Positions 27,368 to 38,764 of a DNA stretch of 64,000 bases are shown one piece after another. The DNA comes from Chlorokybus atmophyticus (Eukaryota; Plantae; Mesostigma and Chlorokybus algae), in the NCBI GenBank assembly GCA_009103225.1, contig RHPI01000810.1, positions 372,001-436,000 of the forward strand. Reading direction: 5' to 3'. Both the position numbers and the translations under genes were made by a program. Under the pieces are notes generated by a model that had not been told where the DNA came from, searched no databases, and saw only the letters and a program-made list of their open reading frames with translations. How positions within the stretch are numbered: position 1 is the first letter of the stretch; every line of letters begins with the position of its first letter.

Positions 27368-28169
27368 CTGAAGTCAATGTTGCCGCCGTCACGAGCCTGG
27401 AACCACGGCGGCGACCACAGCGGCGACAGCCGCAGCCGCAGCCTCAACAGGCACCCTGTGATCAATTTACGACTGCTCTGTGAGTCCCTGAACAATTCAT
27501 GCCGGAGACAAAAGCTACTGTAAGCCTAAAGCAAACTTTTTACGACTGCATCGGACGGCGAAAGGGGTCGATCCAACGGCTGTATTCGCACTTCATCGCG
27601 AGGTCAAAGTCCGCCTGCCCGGCCAAGCAAGCAGCTGTGGTACAGAGTGAAGGGAGACGGCACTTCCCGCTCGGCCACGTCAGCCACGACTAACGTTAAC
27701 CTTCGAATGGTCAACATTCAACGCCGTCAGTGAACCGTCGTCTTGCAGCATCTTGTGCAGCGCCGTTTGCACTGCAGAGAGTCATTAATTGTGTCATAAG
27801 TTGTGAGTCATAACCGGTAAGTTACAGCTTTATAAATCATAACCTATCACCTGTATAGATGTCATCTGTGATACGTAGAGTCGTATCATATGTCACATGA
27901 CTGTACATGTGACATCTGACATCTCTGACCATGGTTAACAGTATTCCACAATCATATGGTATATTATATGGTAATACCTTAGGGCCAACACACTCACAAT
28001 CACGTCGCAAACGTTTCCCCTGCCGGCCGTTCAAATATTGGCAACGGCCGTGCACCTAAAAATACTTATTTACACTGTCGTGGCTCAGTTCCACCTGCAA
28101 TCTCCATACAGGGACCTAAGTACCTTTTCCGTCACTATAAGGCCCTTTTCGTTATAATTCAATGTTTAA

Positions 28170-28510
28170 TAATTGACTATGCCTAATTAACATGCACCTG
28201 TCAGGTACTTACCAGGCCTTAACAGGTGACTAGACCTAATTAACGAGCACCTTTCAAATTACCTATCGGGCCTTAACAAGTGACTTATTCTTATTTATGG
28301 GCATCTGTCAGTTTTCGATTAGGCCTTAACAAGTGACTATACCTAATCAACGGGCATCTATAAGTTACACATCAGGCCTTAACATGTGACTATATTTAAT
28401 AAACAGGCACCTGCAAGTTGCACATCAGTCCAACTTGATTGACTCAGCCTATGTGACAGACACTTGCAGGTTACACACCAGTCCGGCGCAGGCGACTGAG
28501 CCTGATTCAC
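28170..28510. repeat. Degenerate tandem array, about 53-bp unit, about 6-7 copies
   Basis: GGCCTTAACA(A/G/T)GTGACT recurs at about 28215, 28269, 28322 and 28375, with more diverged units on either side. Confidence 0.75.
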
Positions 28511-28900
28511 AAGCACCAATTAGGTAATTGTCGACAAAAAAAGGGATTCTTCCAGCAACTGAAGGTGATTGATGCTTAACTGTTGTTATACATATACATA
28601 TATGTAAGTATTTGAATAGCATGACTACACACGACTGTAACTAAATGCCAGCATCGTTATGTGCATGTGCTGTGTACAAGCACCTGAGGTGTGTACGGTG
28701 TCTTTCAGTCACTTGCCAAGGCTTATAGTTCGATTATGTGACTTGCGTTGCCTGCAGTTCTGTTGTATATCATAGGGATGCAAGTTGGTGAGTGCATGAG
28801 CATAATGACGATTGACTGAGCTGGTTTGTGATGCACAACATTAAGTCACAAGGAGCCTTGTAGCTGTGTACACCACCAGCTAAACGGACTATCAGCTGCG

Positions 28901-30870
28901 CTATAGCTCCTCCCCGTCATCGCCTTGCACATCATCATGAAACAAAGCACCACGCGCTAGGGAACGTAGATGAGATGCCAGATCTTGCTCTTCCTCCTCC
29001 TCAAACGGTTGCGCCAGCCAATCAAATGCCGCTTCTGCCTCAGCGAGTGAGTCACGAGCTGCTGTCTCTTGCGGCCGGCGCCGATTGGGATCTTTCAGGT
29101 ATTCGACACAAGATGCAGTGCGGCGTTTTACAGGGGTGAATGGTTGGAGGGCTGCGTACTGTTGCCTCTCCTGCTGCATTGACATGATCATGGTGCTGAT
29201 TTCGCTGAGGTACTCTTCATGTGTGTCGATGCTGACAGCTAGGAGAGGGTCTCCAACCTTGCCCTTTGGGATGCGCTCCACCGGCGTAATTTACAAGTAT
29301 GTCATAGTGGCATTGAAAGCACTATTTACTGCAGCGTGTCTGCAAGCTTGTAGTTTGGGGCTAGAGCTTTTATAAATTGCTAATGATTCAGTTCAGAGTG
29401 CTCACCGTGAGCAACAGGTATGCGAGGTGGTTGACTGTCAACTGGCGGCGACCATGTGTAGTGACCGCGTACGACCAGCATTGCACGATTATTTGCCAGA
29501 TCATGGGATTGCCCTATTCATGAATGTATCTCCGCCGCTCGAGGTCTCCATTGTCGGTCACCTAAATTTCCGCCATGACTTGTCTGCGAGAGTCATACCA
29601 ACAAGGCAGGTAGCCACGATAGAGATAGTTCAAGTTGAGCCTGCACTAGGCTAGATTAGTGCCTATGACTCACTTTGGAGCGCGTTGCGCATCTGGGCTT
29701 TTTGGGTCTTGGGATCCATTGGGGCGTCGATGTACCTGATTGAATCGGTTACAATAGACGAGATGCGTACGTGTGTATGGAGGCTTGAGGCTGAGTAAAA
29801 AGGCAGTGCTACATAGCAGAGATGGTGGTGAGGGACCCAACTCACTTGCGCTTGTTGCTGTTACACAATTTCCACTTGTATTGCTTTCAAGACATGCTTG
29901 ATCTTGGTAACGTTCTCAGATGCGACATGCGTAGCTTTCGCTAAGGCGACACTTCAGTGGAAGGGGCACTCCTTGGGCGTACATTACATCTTATATAGAA
30001 CTTGGCCACATCGGCCTCGTCGTCATGGTCGAAGCCGACTACCTGTCACGAGCAGGTTGGTCAGTGTCAGGGTGCAGTGAGGTTATGAAGCATTTACATC
30101 ACCTGACATATGACGTTACGAACAGTGTCCTTATTCGGATAAATGTGGCTCTCTACCCAGTGGCCATTCATGATTTCAACGACGGCAAGTGATGTCCACT
30201 GAAGAACAATTCGATACATACAGTGTCACTGTGTCACACAGTGCTCATCTCGTTGCCAATCTTCCACTTGCTTGGGGAAGGGTTGCTAACGGCCGAGGTT
30301 GCTACGTCACAGCCAAATGCGTTTGGGTTGGGGGTTCCAATCAACCCTCTGCAAGCACAACAACATGAGTCATGCTGCCAGCCATGAAAGATGCAACCCT
30401 CACAGTTGAGCAAGAAGTAACGTGCACAGTGTAACCAAAACGCATGCAGTGAGGCACTATGCCAGTTATAAAAGAAGCAAGCATCGAAGTTTGAAGTTGA
30501 GCAAGAAGCAATGTGCTCAGTGCATCAAGAACGCATGCAATTTAGCTTGCCCTTGCGGCTGCGGTGTCAGGTGAAGTTGTTGTTATGGGCTGGGCATAAG
30601 CGCAGGGTCTTGCTGCGATTGGTTGGCCAAAAGTGGTTGCTGTTGGTTGGCGTCGGTTGCCTGGTTGAACACTGGGGGCAATGTGGACTTGGGGCGCCGA
30701 CCTCCACAACGAGGTGCACCTACAGATGGACCACGAGGCATTTCTCAAACTGATAGTCGGGTGCCGCCTGCTTAGCTGATGGTGGCGCTGCCGCATCCAA
30801 CGCTGCCACTGTCAATTGGCCCGCCCAAGTGTACGAGGCGCGAAAACGAAAATGAGGCGATTTTGAAGGT
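28901..30870 (-). pseudogene. Spliced gene of unknown function with in-frame TAG/TAA stops (putative transposon cargo)
   Basis: Exon-like blocks with GT-AG edges: YIDAPMDPKTQKAQMRNALQ|KQVMAEI*VTDNGDLERRRYIHE*GNPMIWQIIVQCW... and a terminal ...ITPVERIPKGKVGDPLL...DDGEEL*. Start approximate. Confidence 0.45.
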
Positions 30871-30914
30871 GTAATGTCCCTCACTAAAGTCGCACTTGTA
30901 GTGCGTCCCCATCT

Positions 30915-31105
30915 CTTATGGTCGATGGTACGACTTATGCATTCGTACCATCCACGCTTCGTACAACCGGTTGGTACCAAGGGTAATAATGGCTTGGGCG
31001 TAACATTCATGGTACGACAAAGGCATCACTTGTCAAAACCCATCCATTGGCGTACAATAGCTCTGTCGTACCATTCACGACAGAGCTATTCATGGTACGA
31101 CAGAG
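30915..31105. promoter_or_regulatory. Second TCGTACCA/TGGTACGA motif cluster with hairpin, between divergent pseudogenes
   Basis: At least five copies of ATGGTACGA/TCGTACCA(T). Perfect 14-bp inverted repeat AATAGCTCTGTCGT-N7-ACGACAGAGCTATT at 31056-31090. Confidence 0.5.
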
Positions 31106-31189
31106 GCATTGCTCGACTAACCCTAATGGGAGTTAGCGTGCACTCATTCAAACAGCTTCATTAATAGCCGGATGATGGCGCGCAGGGGC

Positions 31190-34100
31190 ATCAAGTCGAT
31201 GACGAGGCGAATGTCAGGCATAGTGCACCTGGGTTCGATTAGGAAGTGGAGGACCGGGAGGAGTAGGAGGCGGCGGCGGCGGCGGCGACGCACATCTTGC
31301 GCGAAGTTGTGGTCGTAAGAGTTCAAGCAGCGAAGCCAGCAAATACCGGGCGCCACGTCATGGATCATGGCAGGCGTTAGCAATGGGGATGTCCAACATG
31401 CATCACCAACATTGCACAAACCAGCAGGCAAGCCATCAAAGACCTTCGTCACACAGACAACTGCTTGGTGGCTCGCTTTTTTCAACAAGGAGTGGATCAA
31501 GAGCTACAATCTTTGGAGCCCTTGATCAGAACCATGCAAGACCAATTGCGAATGTGAAAACAAGCACAAAGGAATGCAGAGGTACGATTAACAGTCACAT
31601 GCATTTCCTTGCAAAAGCGATTTGTTTTTTGGCGCAGTCCATGTGATACATGTAGCGTGGCTACAGGCCTCCACTATTCACTCATACCCACTCTACGATC
31701 AAGCCGACATTGCGGAAGCCAGTGCAGATTGACAGAGCTGGGCGGCGGTATGTTGATGCCAATCTCGCTGTGCATGTTGACTGCATGCACCTCCAATGCA
31801 TGCCTACCTTTGCATGCTAGGATGTGCGTGAGCGTGCGAAGTCCCGCGCGCGTGCCGAACGAAGTAGGCTGGGTTTGAGCACAGGAGCGCGTGGCACTTC
31901 GTCCAGCATTCAACCAGTAATGACGCAGTCCATGCAATCATTCATGCATCAACCAGCAATGCCGCAAGTGACTATTCAAAGCAACTAACTGATGACGGTG
32001 TGACGCAGTTGGTTATTGCAATTGCAGTGTCGCAAGCATGCAGCTAACCCATATGTGATTGATTGACAGCGCCACAGTGCACAAGATCCTGTTGGAGCTC
32101 CTATGCAGGCCTGGATTCAATCCCATCAAATGGTCCTTCAATCCCTCTTACCAATGGGCGCGGCGGCAATGCGGCATAGGTTTAACATGCATGTTGGCAT
32201 GTTCAATCCCAGTTACTCCATTGGGGCAGTGGCGCATCCTGTGCCCATGGCTCACGAGCTCCGTGATAAGTCTGCGATTGAGGGTGGCGGGGAGAGTGCA
32301 CCCAATACCACCTTGTCAGCCCCCATGACTTCCCATGCAGGCCCCCTTGCTGCATGCACAAGTGGTCTCACCTGCCGCACCTGCTCCCCTCGCAGCCAGA
32401 GCGCATCCACCTTTCGCGGCACTAGACTTTTATCCACTGCCGTCTCCTCCCCTTGCAGCCATAGTGCATCCACCTTCCGCGGCACTAGTTTTTCATCCAC
32501 TGCCGTCTCCTCCACGAGCAACACCAATGATTGTGGGGCAACAATCCTTATTGCCGCAACCGGTAAGACCACAACACAATGCAAAAACCGATGTGGCTTC
32601 TGCACCTACATTACCCCACCCGCTGCAAGTTGAAGCCGGCGGTCTGCCTAAAGCAGGTACTGCAACAGTCATTGTGACTGTTGCCGTCGACAGTTGGACA
32701 CATCGCGTGAGTGCTGTATGCGCATGCAGAAGGTTCACTACTTGCAAGCGAGCTATCAGAAGAGCTGGCCGCAATCCGTGTACAGCCATCAGTCATGCTA
32801 GGTGGCTAGCTCGCCTCATGGGACCACTTCAATGCGCCAACGGATGGTAATTGCTTCTTCCATTGTGTGTTTCGCTCCAGGCCATCCATAGCGCAAAGTC
32901 CTGGATGATCACAAGCGCCCTAGCTCGAGCAGATTTTGGGCCATGCTGGACACGATGGACGACAACGGCAGGGGGCCACTCTGCAAAATATCACCGCTAA
33001 GGCTGTCGATACACGCGTGGCGAGCACAATCCTAGACTTCTGCAATGCCACTGGTGCCGCGGGAGAGATGGCGCAGTATTACGACAAACTGCTTGCGACC
33101 ATGTTGGCTGATGTCAATTGCAACATTGACATAGCCATGGCCAAGGTGCGATAGATCATGCGGAGAAAAGATGTGTACGTGGAGCATCTGCAGATGACCG
33201 TATTTGCCAACAAGCTGGACTTGTTAATTGGCTGCGTAACCATTCATTGCAAGCATGGGGAGTGGGTGCCACAGCCCGATAGCGCAGTTTGCGTTGAAGA
33301 TAACAAAGCTCCCAACTCAGTCCTGGTGGTGGCCAACACTGCTCCTAATGAGCCCGAAGCACACTTTTGGCTCATCAAGCCTGCAAGCACCGAACAATGG
33401 TCGTGGCCTATACATGGAGTGCCACCGGAGGTAACAGACCTGATTGGAGAGTGGCAAAATGGCGTTGCCAATCCCCCACTACCACCGGCTGCTTCTCAAG
33501 GTGCTGCGCCAACGCCTTAGGCCTCGCCTTCGTGTGCTAGGCTAGAAGTAGCTGTCGGTTCTGCACATCCTGACTACCCTCAACAACAGCCACATGCTCG
33601 CAATAACAATTCAGCACCCTCCCTTCTTGCCGCTGAGACACTTGCCACCGCACTCTGATAGGAGGCATCTCCATTAAGAAGTAACGGTAGCTCGCCCTCT
33701 CCCTCCAAGCTTGCCACATTGATCCCAATTTGTCTTGTTGGTAAAAAGATTGATCGAGGTATCATGAAAGCTGCGATGAAAGGCAAAGGCTGCATGCTCG
33801 ACCTTATGGGGCAACATGAGGAACGGGATTCAACAAACAAGCGCAAGGCTATGGAACAAGAAGATAACGCCTTACCTCCTCTGAGTGACAATCTCACAAA
33901 TTGGGATAAATTGTGACAGACTTCACTCATGGTAGTGTCTTTTACTACCATAGCCTAGTGGTCCGGCCCATATTGTTACAATGGTAACGGAGCTTGACTC
34001 TCAGGTTCAATTCCCGTAGGGGACTCAGGCAGATTTAAGGCAAAAACATTTGGGGCAGCTTGCCCTAGGCTGGGCGCGGGATCACGACCTGCGCGCCGAG

Positions 34101-35319
34101 CCAGTTTAACATAAGGCCGCATGAGCGGTCGCGCGGCGATGGCAGGTCGCGCGGCGAGGATGGCCTTCAGTCGGTCATGACCGTTCGTGGGCCGGATCTA
34201 ACAGGCCGTGGGCAGACCAATCGTGGTACGGCCACGAACACGGCGACGTGGGCTAGTGCCTCATTGGATTATGAGGAACTCATGGGTTAAATTGAGGAGA
34301 AATGTCACGAATTGGGATAAGTTCTGATAGACCTCACTTATGGTAGTGTCTTTTACTACCATAGCGTAATGGTCGCGCCCCAATTGTTACAGACAATGCC
34401 ACGGAGAGCGCCAGCATGTGCACCGACCGCCACCATAAAAAGAAGAAGAAGGTTGTTGGAACAAGGGACACTGACAGGACTACAAAAGCAAAGGTGAGGC
34501 AGCGCTACAATGTAGTTAGAAGAAGCACAGCGCCTTGAAGCCTCACTGGGGCTGTGTGTCCTCAGTAGGCACATACGGGTTTACAGCGTCATGTGGCTAC
34601 TCAGCATTGTCCAGAGAGACAGCCGGTGCCTAAGCTCAAACCACCGACGCGAAAACGCTCTGAGGGGCTGACTCGTAGTGCAAAGGAGTTGATCGCCCTA
34701 CAATACGCACAAGACGCGCTGCATCACCGCATGCGGCATGCCTCGAGGTGGGTGAGGAAGGTATGGAATAAGTGGGAGCAAACATGGAGAGTGCGGGCAA
34801 ACACATCTCTGGGGATTGGTCGTGGTTGGAACCTCACACGACATGGCCATCCGTAGTACGTTGTTGCCCCTCGCCGTCTTTGATATAATGGTGTTGTTGC
34901 TGCCGCAGCAACCGAGCAATGTGCAAGAGCTATCCGCGGAGAAGAACTTCGACCTGCTGCAACAGATGTATTTTTTGATGTCAACTGATGCGGGTCGAGA
35001 TGTGTGCCACTACCTGAGCAAATATACTGGGTGGCAAGTAAAACCATTGGAGCTGTACTTGGCATGCTTTGGCTGGCAGTTGTATATCATATGGCACATC
35101 GAGATGATTATGTGGAAGCACGACGAAGACGATGCGGGCGAGTACACGAGTGATGACAGCCATGACAAGGGCCTGGATGAACGCATGCTGGATGAGACCA
35201 CTAAGACTAGCAGGTGGTGTATGGCGGCAAACGGGCGTCAGGTGATCGAGCAGGCAGTGGAGCATTTTATTACGCCATTCAGATGGGAGTTGCGCCTGCA
35301 ACGCGATAACAAAGTTTAA
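31190..35319 (+). pseudogene. Degenerate coding region(s) of unknown function (Pro-rich and acidic segments), interrupted by TRIM-1A; may be one or several genes
   Basis: Consecutive same-strand ORF blocks 32335-32850, 32936-33154, 33158-33520, 34593-34856 and 34816-35319, several separated by single TAG codons. No family recognised. Confidence 0.35.
33892..34391 (+). mobile_element. TRIM (miniature LTR retrotransposon) family 1, copy A
   Basis: 89-bp LTRs at 33892-33980 and 34303-34391 ending TGTTACA. PBS-like TGGTAACGGAGC follows the 5' LTR and purine tract GAGGAGAAA precedes the 3' LTR. 5-bp TSD GACAA on both sides. Confidence 0.85.
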
Positions 35320-35381
35320 TGGCAGAGGCAGCTTGCACACCCGCGTGCACCATGCGTGCTGAAAAATCGCATTGAAGAGCC

Positions 35382-35804
<423 letters not shown>

Positions 35805-38242
35805 TCGCGGATGGGGAGACGCCCTGTCGCAAGCAAGCGGTGTGCCATGGCTGCATCATATTACAGCAGAAGAACGTGGCAAATAAATCAAAGAAGCTAC
35901 AAGCGTGTCCCTGCTGCAAGCAACCCGTTCACCGTTTTCGTCGCCACGCCTGCTGCAAGACGCCAATGTGTCGCCGGTGATTTGGCCCCCACCTTGATGA
36001 CAATTGTGCATGTATTGTGATTTCGTATTGAACACCTGTATACCATGTGGGTACATGTATAGTTGTAGCATGGTACATGGTGCACCCGAGATCTGCTGTT
36101 GTTGGAAGCATTGGCTGTACATATGTATGATAACTGCCCGGCGCATGAGTCAGAGCATGGCTTGCGTACCTTGCTAGTTCAGAGCGGTTGGTTGACAGCA
36201 ACAAATTCGAACAGCGATCTGGGACTTGTGGAATGACAGCACAAAATTACTCTACAATCGTGGTAGTATGCGAGTATCCTTGTACTGTAATACCATTAAT
36301 GGATGAAGTACCATGCATGTTGATGTAGCATCATGCATGGTACTGTAATACTGTCCATGGTACTGTCGTGCTTGCACTTGAAAGTGTGACTCATTTAGGG
36401 TTTGTAAGCTAGCAACCCCAAATTGATGCCCATACCCTACAGGCTCGCTCAGTTTGTGGGCAGCCGTGCCGATTCATATCTTGCATGATGTCAGCGGCAG
36501 CAGTTGAATCCCCCTCACCTAGGAGACCATGCTTGGTGTGCCCACAATGCAATGTGTACGTATGTACCAATGGCCGTAGGCAGCAAATGCAAGCACACTT
36601 GACCGAATGCCAATGAGTGCAGACAGTGTGCCACGATTTTAGTGCTGCTTGCTGGCATCACACCACACACAATGTCGACATGTTTAATTGCCGCCTCGGC
36701 AAAGTGCTGTGCAAGGAACCCGAGTTTTTCTATTGCGTGTAGTGCGTGTGCAAATCGTGCTCGCGCTCATGCTTTAAATGGCGAGGGGAACCCATGCGCT
36801 TCTTCACATGGACAACACCGGGACATGTAGTTAGTGGACAGGTGGTGGATGCTGTGGAGGTAATTCGGCAAAGTGGACAGCAAGGTATCACTGCATGTTA
36901 TGTTGGGCGTATGCTGATCTCATGGATGTTGAAGCTGTTGTCGCATTCAGAGCAGTCTCCTACGGTGTGGGCGTGGGCAGTTTTCACCCCCTGACCGCTG
37001 TGGAGGAGGCAGACCATCGACCATTGGACATCGCACTGCATCGGCTGCGGAACGCAGTTAAGTTGGGATGGGAGCAGCTGATCGGTGTGAGTGTCGTGGT
37101 GCATTGGCCGCTAGATGGGGAATGGTATGCGGGCGTTGTGGAATTACTCAAGCAAGCGTCAGGTCAGCATCGCTTCTTGGCGTGCGAGATTGTAGACGCA
37201 TTGTATATGCATGGTGCAATGGAAATTGGCTTTGCAGGGCAGCACTGTATAATATTCGATGACGATGATCGACCACAAACCATCAACTTCGAAGGGCACA
37301 ACGTATTCGCGTACACATCAGTTGACGGGGCACGCTCTGTTCTACGCATCGGAGGGGAGAATGTCACTCGCAAAGTAAGCCCTGACGGCATCATTGTTAG
37401 TCCCTGGCCAGCACCATGGCCAGCCTTGACCACATACACGCCATTTAACAACAAGCTTTGACACACACGCAGACCAAGGGCACTCGACCTGTTCTGCGGC
37501 GGTGGTGGTGCTAGTGTTGGTCTATATCACGCAGGCTTTGACGTGATTGGGATGAACATAAGTCCCTCCTTTGAATACCCGATGCCCTTTATACACCGCG
37601 ATATATGCATCCTGAGTGCCGGAGAATTAAGCGGGTACGAGCTCATATGGGCCAGTCCACCATGCCAGGCCTATTCAGGTGCTATCCCAACACATTAACG
37701 GGCGGCACATGGCACATCTTTGAGACACCAGGATATGCGATCGCTCGTCCGAAATCTGCTGCTAGCAAGTTTGTCATTGAGAATGTGCCAGGAGCAGCTT
37801 CCTCATTTAGACCCAATCTGTCCCTTTGTGGCACGATGTTTGGCCTATCAACCTTCCGACACCGTCTGTTTGAGACACAGCCAGTGGTAGCTACCCCACC
37901 AGCACGCTGCTCGCGGCCAAGGCGGTTGGACTGCTATTAACGCACCTGTCCGCTAGTGCGAAGAAGACAATTGTGACATCAAACGCTCCACAATAAATGT
38001 ACCTAATCTATGGCCTTCAAAGCACCAGGGGCAGCATTGCTGCATGGCAAACAGCGCTGGGAATGCCATATATGACCTCGGCCGTTACTTTAGCGAATGC
38101 AGTTCCTCTCGCAATGGCGGAGTGCATATGGCGTTTTATGCTTGAAATAAAGGATATGCGCTGTGACTACCCTCTGTGTCATGAAAGTATGAGGCTTGAG
38201 TGTGGCGCTGTAACAATTGGGGTCCGACCATTAGGCTATGGT

Positions 38243-38764
38243 TGTAACGGGAAGGTACATTAAATTACCATAAATCGACCATAAAAGCACCAAGTCTTTT
38301 GTGGTCGAGTGGGCTGTGACATCGGTATCAGAGCTTGAGACTCGGGTTCAATTCCAAACTTGCACACGAATTCCGTGGTCGTTGTTTCTCAATCCAATAT
38401 CATCGTAAATGGTCACTTCATAAGTGCCATTATCGATGGGTTGCAACTTGCCTACTGGCAATCATGCCGGCGTTCAGTTGATGCGGCAGGGCGCGACCTG
38501 CCTGTCGCGATGCGATCTGTGGGGCCGGCAGCGGTGCGCTATGCGCGCGTTGACCGGTATGGGCCAAAATTGGCCAGTCCTTCGGCGGTGGGGCCGAAAA
38601 CCGACCCTATTCACACCCCTGGAATGATTCCCTAACTGATGGGAGCCAGCTGCCGAGGACGTTAGCGTTCTTAAGTTAGGGGGAATGTAACGGAAAGGTA
38701 CATTGATTTACCACAAATTGACCATAAAAGCACCAAGTCCTTTGTGGTCGAGTGGGCTGTGACA
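38243..38764 (+). mobile_element. TRIM family 2 copy forming the left end of a chimeric insertion
   Basis: 79-bp LTRs TGTAACGG...GGGCTGTGACA at 38243-38321 and 38686-38764. iMet-type PBS (C)GGTATCAGAGC and PPT GGGGGAA. Confidence 0.85.

Noticed and set aside
28021-28062. Helitron-like 3' hairpin CGGCCGTT...AACGGCCG followed by CTAA
   Set aside because: The CTRR is not followed by T and no matching 5' TC end or Rep/helicase was found. It is too weak to call.
28170-28510. CRISPR-like appearance of the 53-bp array
   Set aside because: The units diverge along their whole length rather than being constant repeats with unique spacers. No cas genes are present and the context is eukaryotic.
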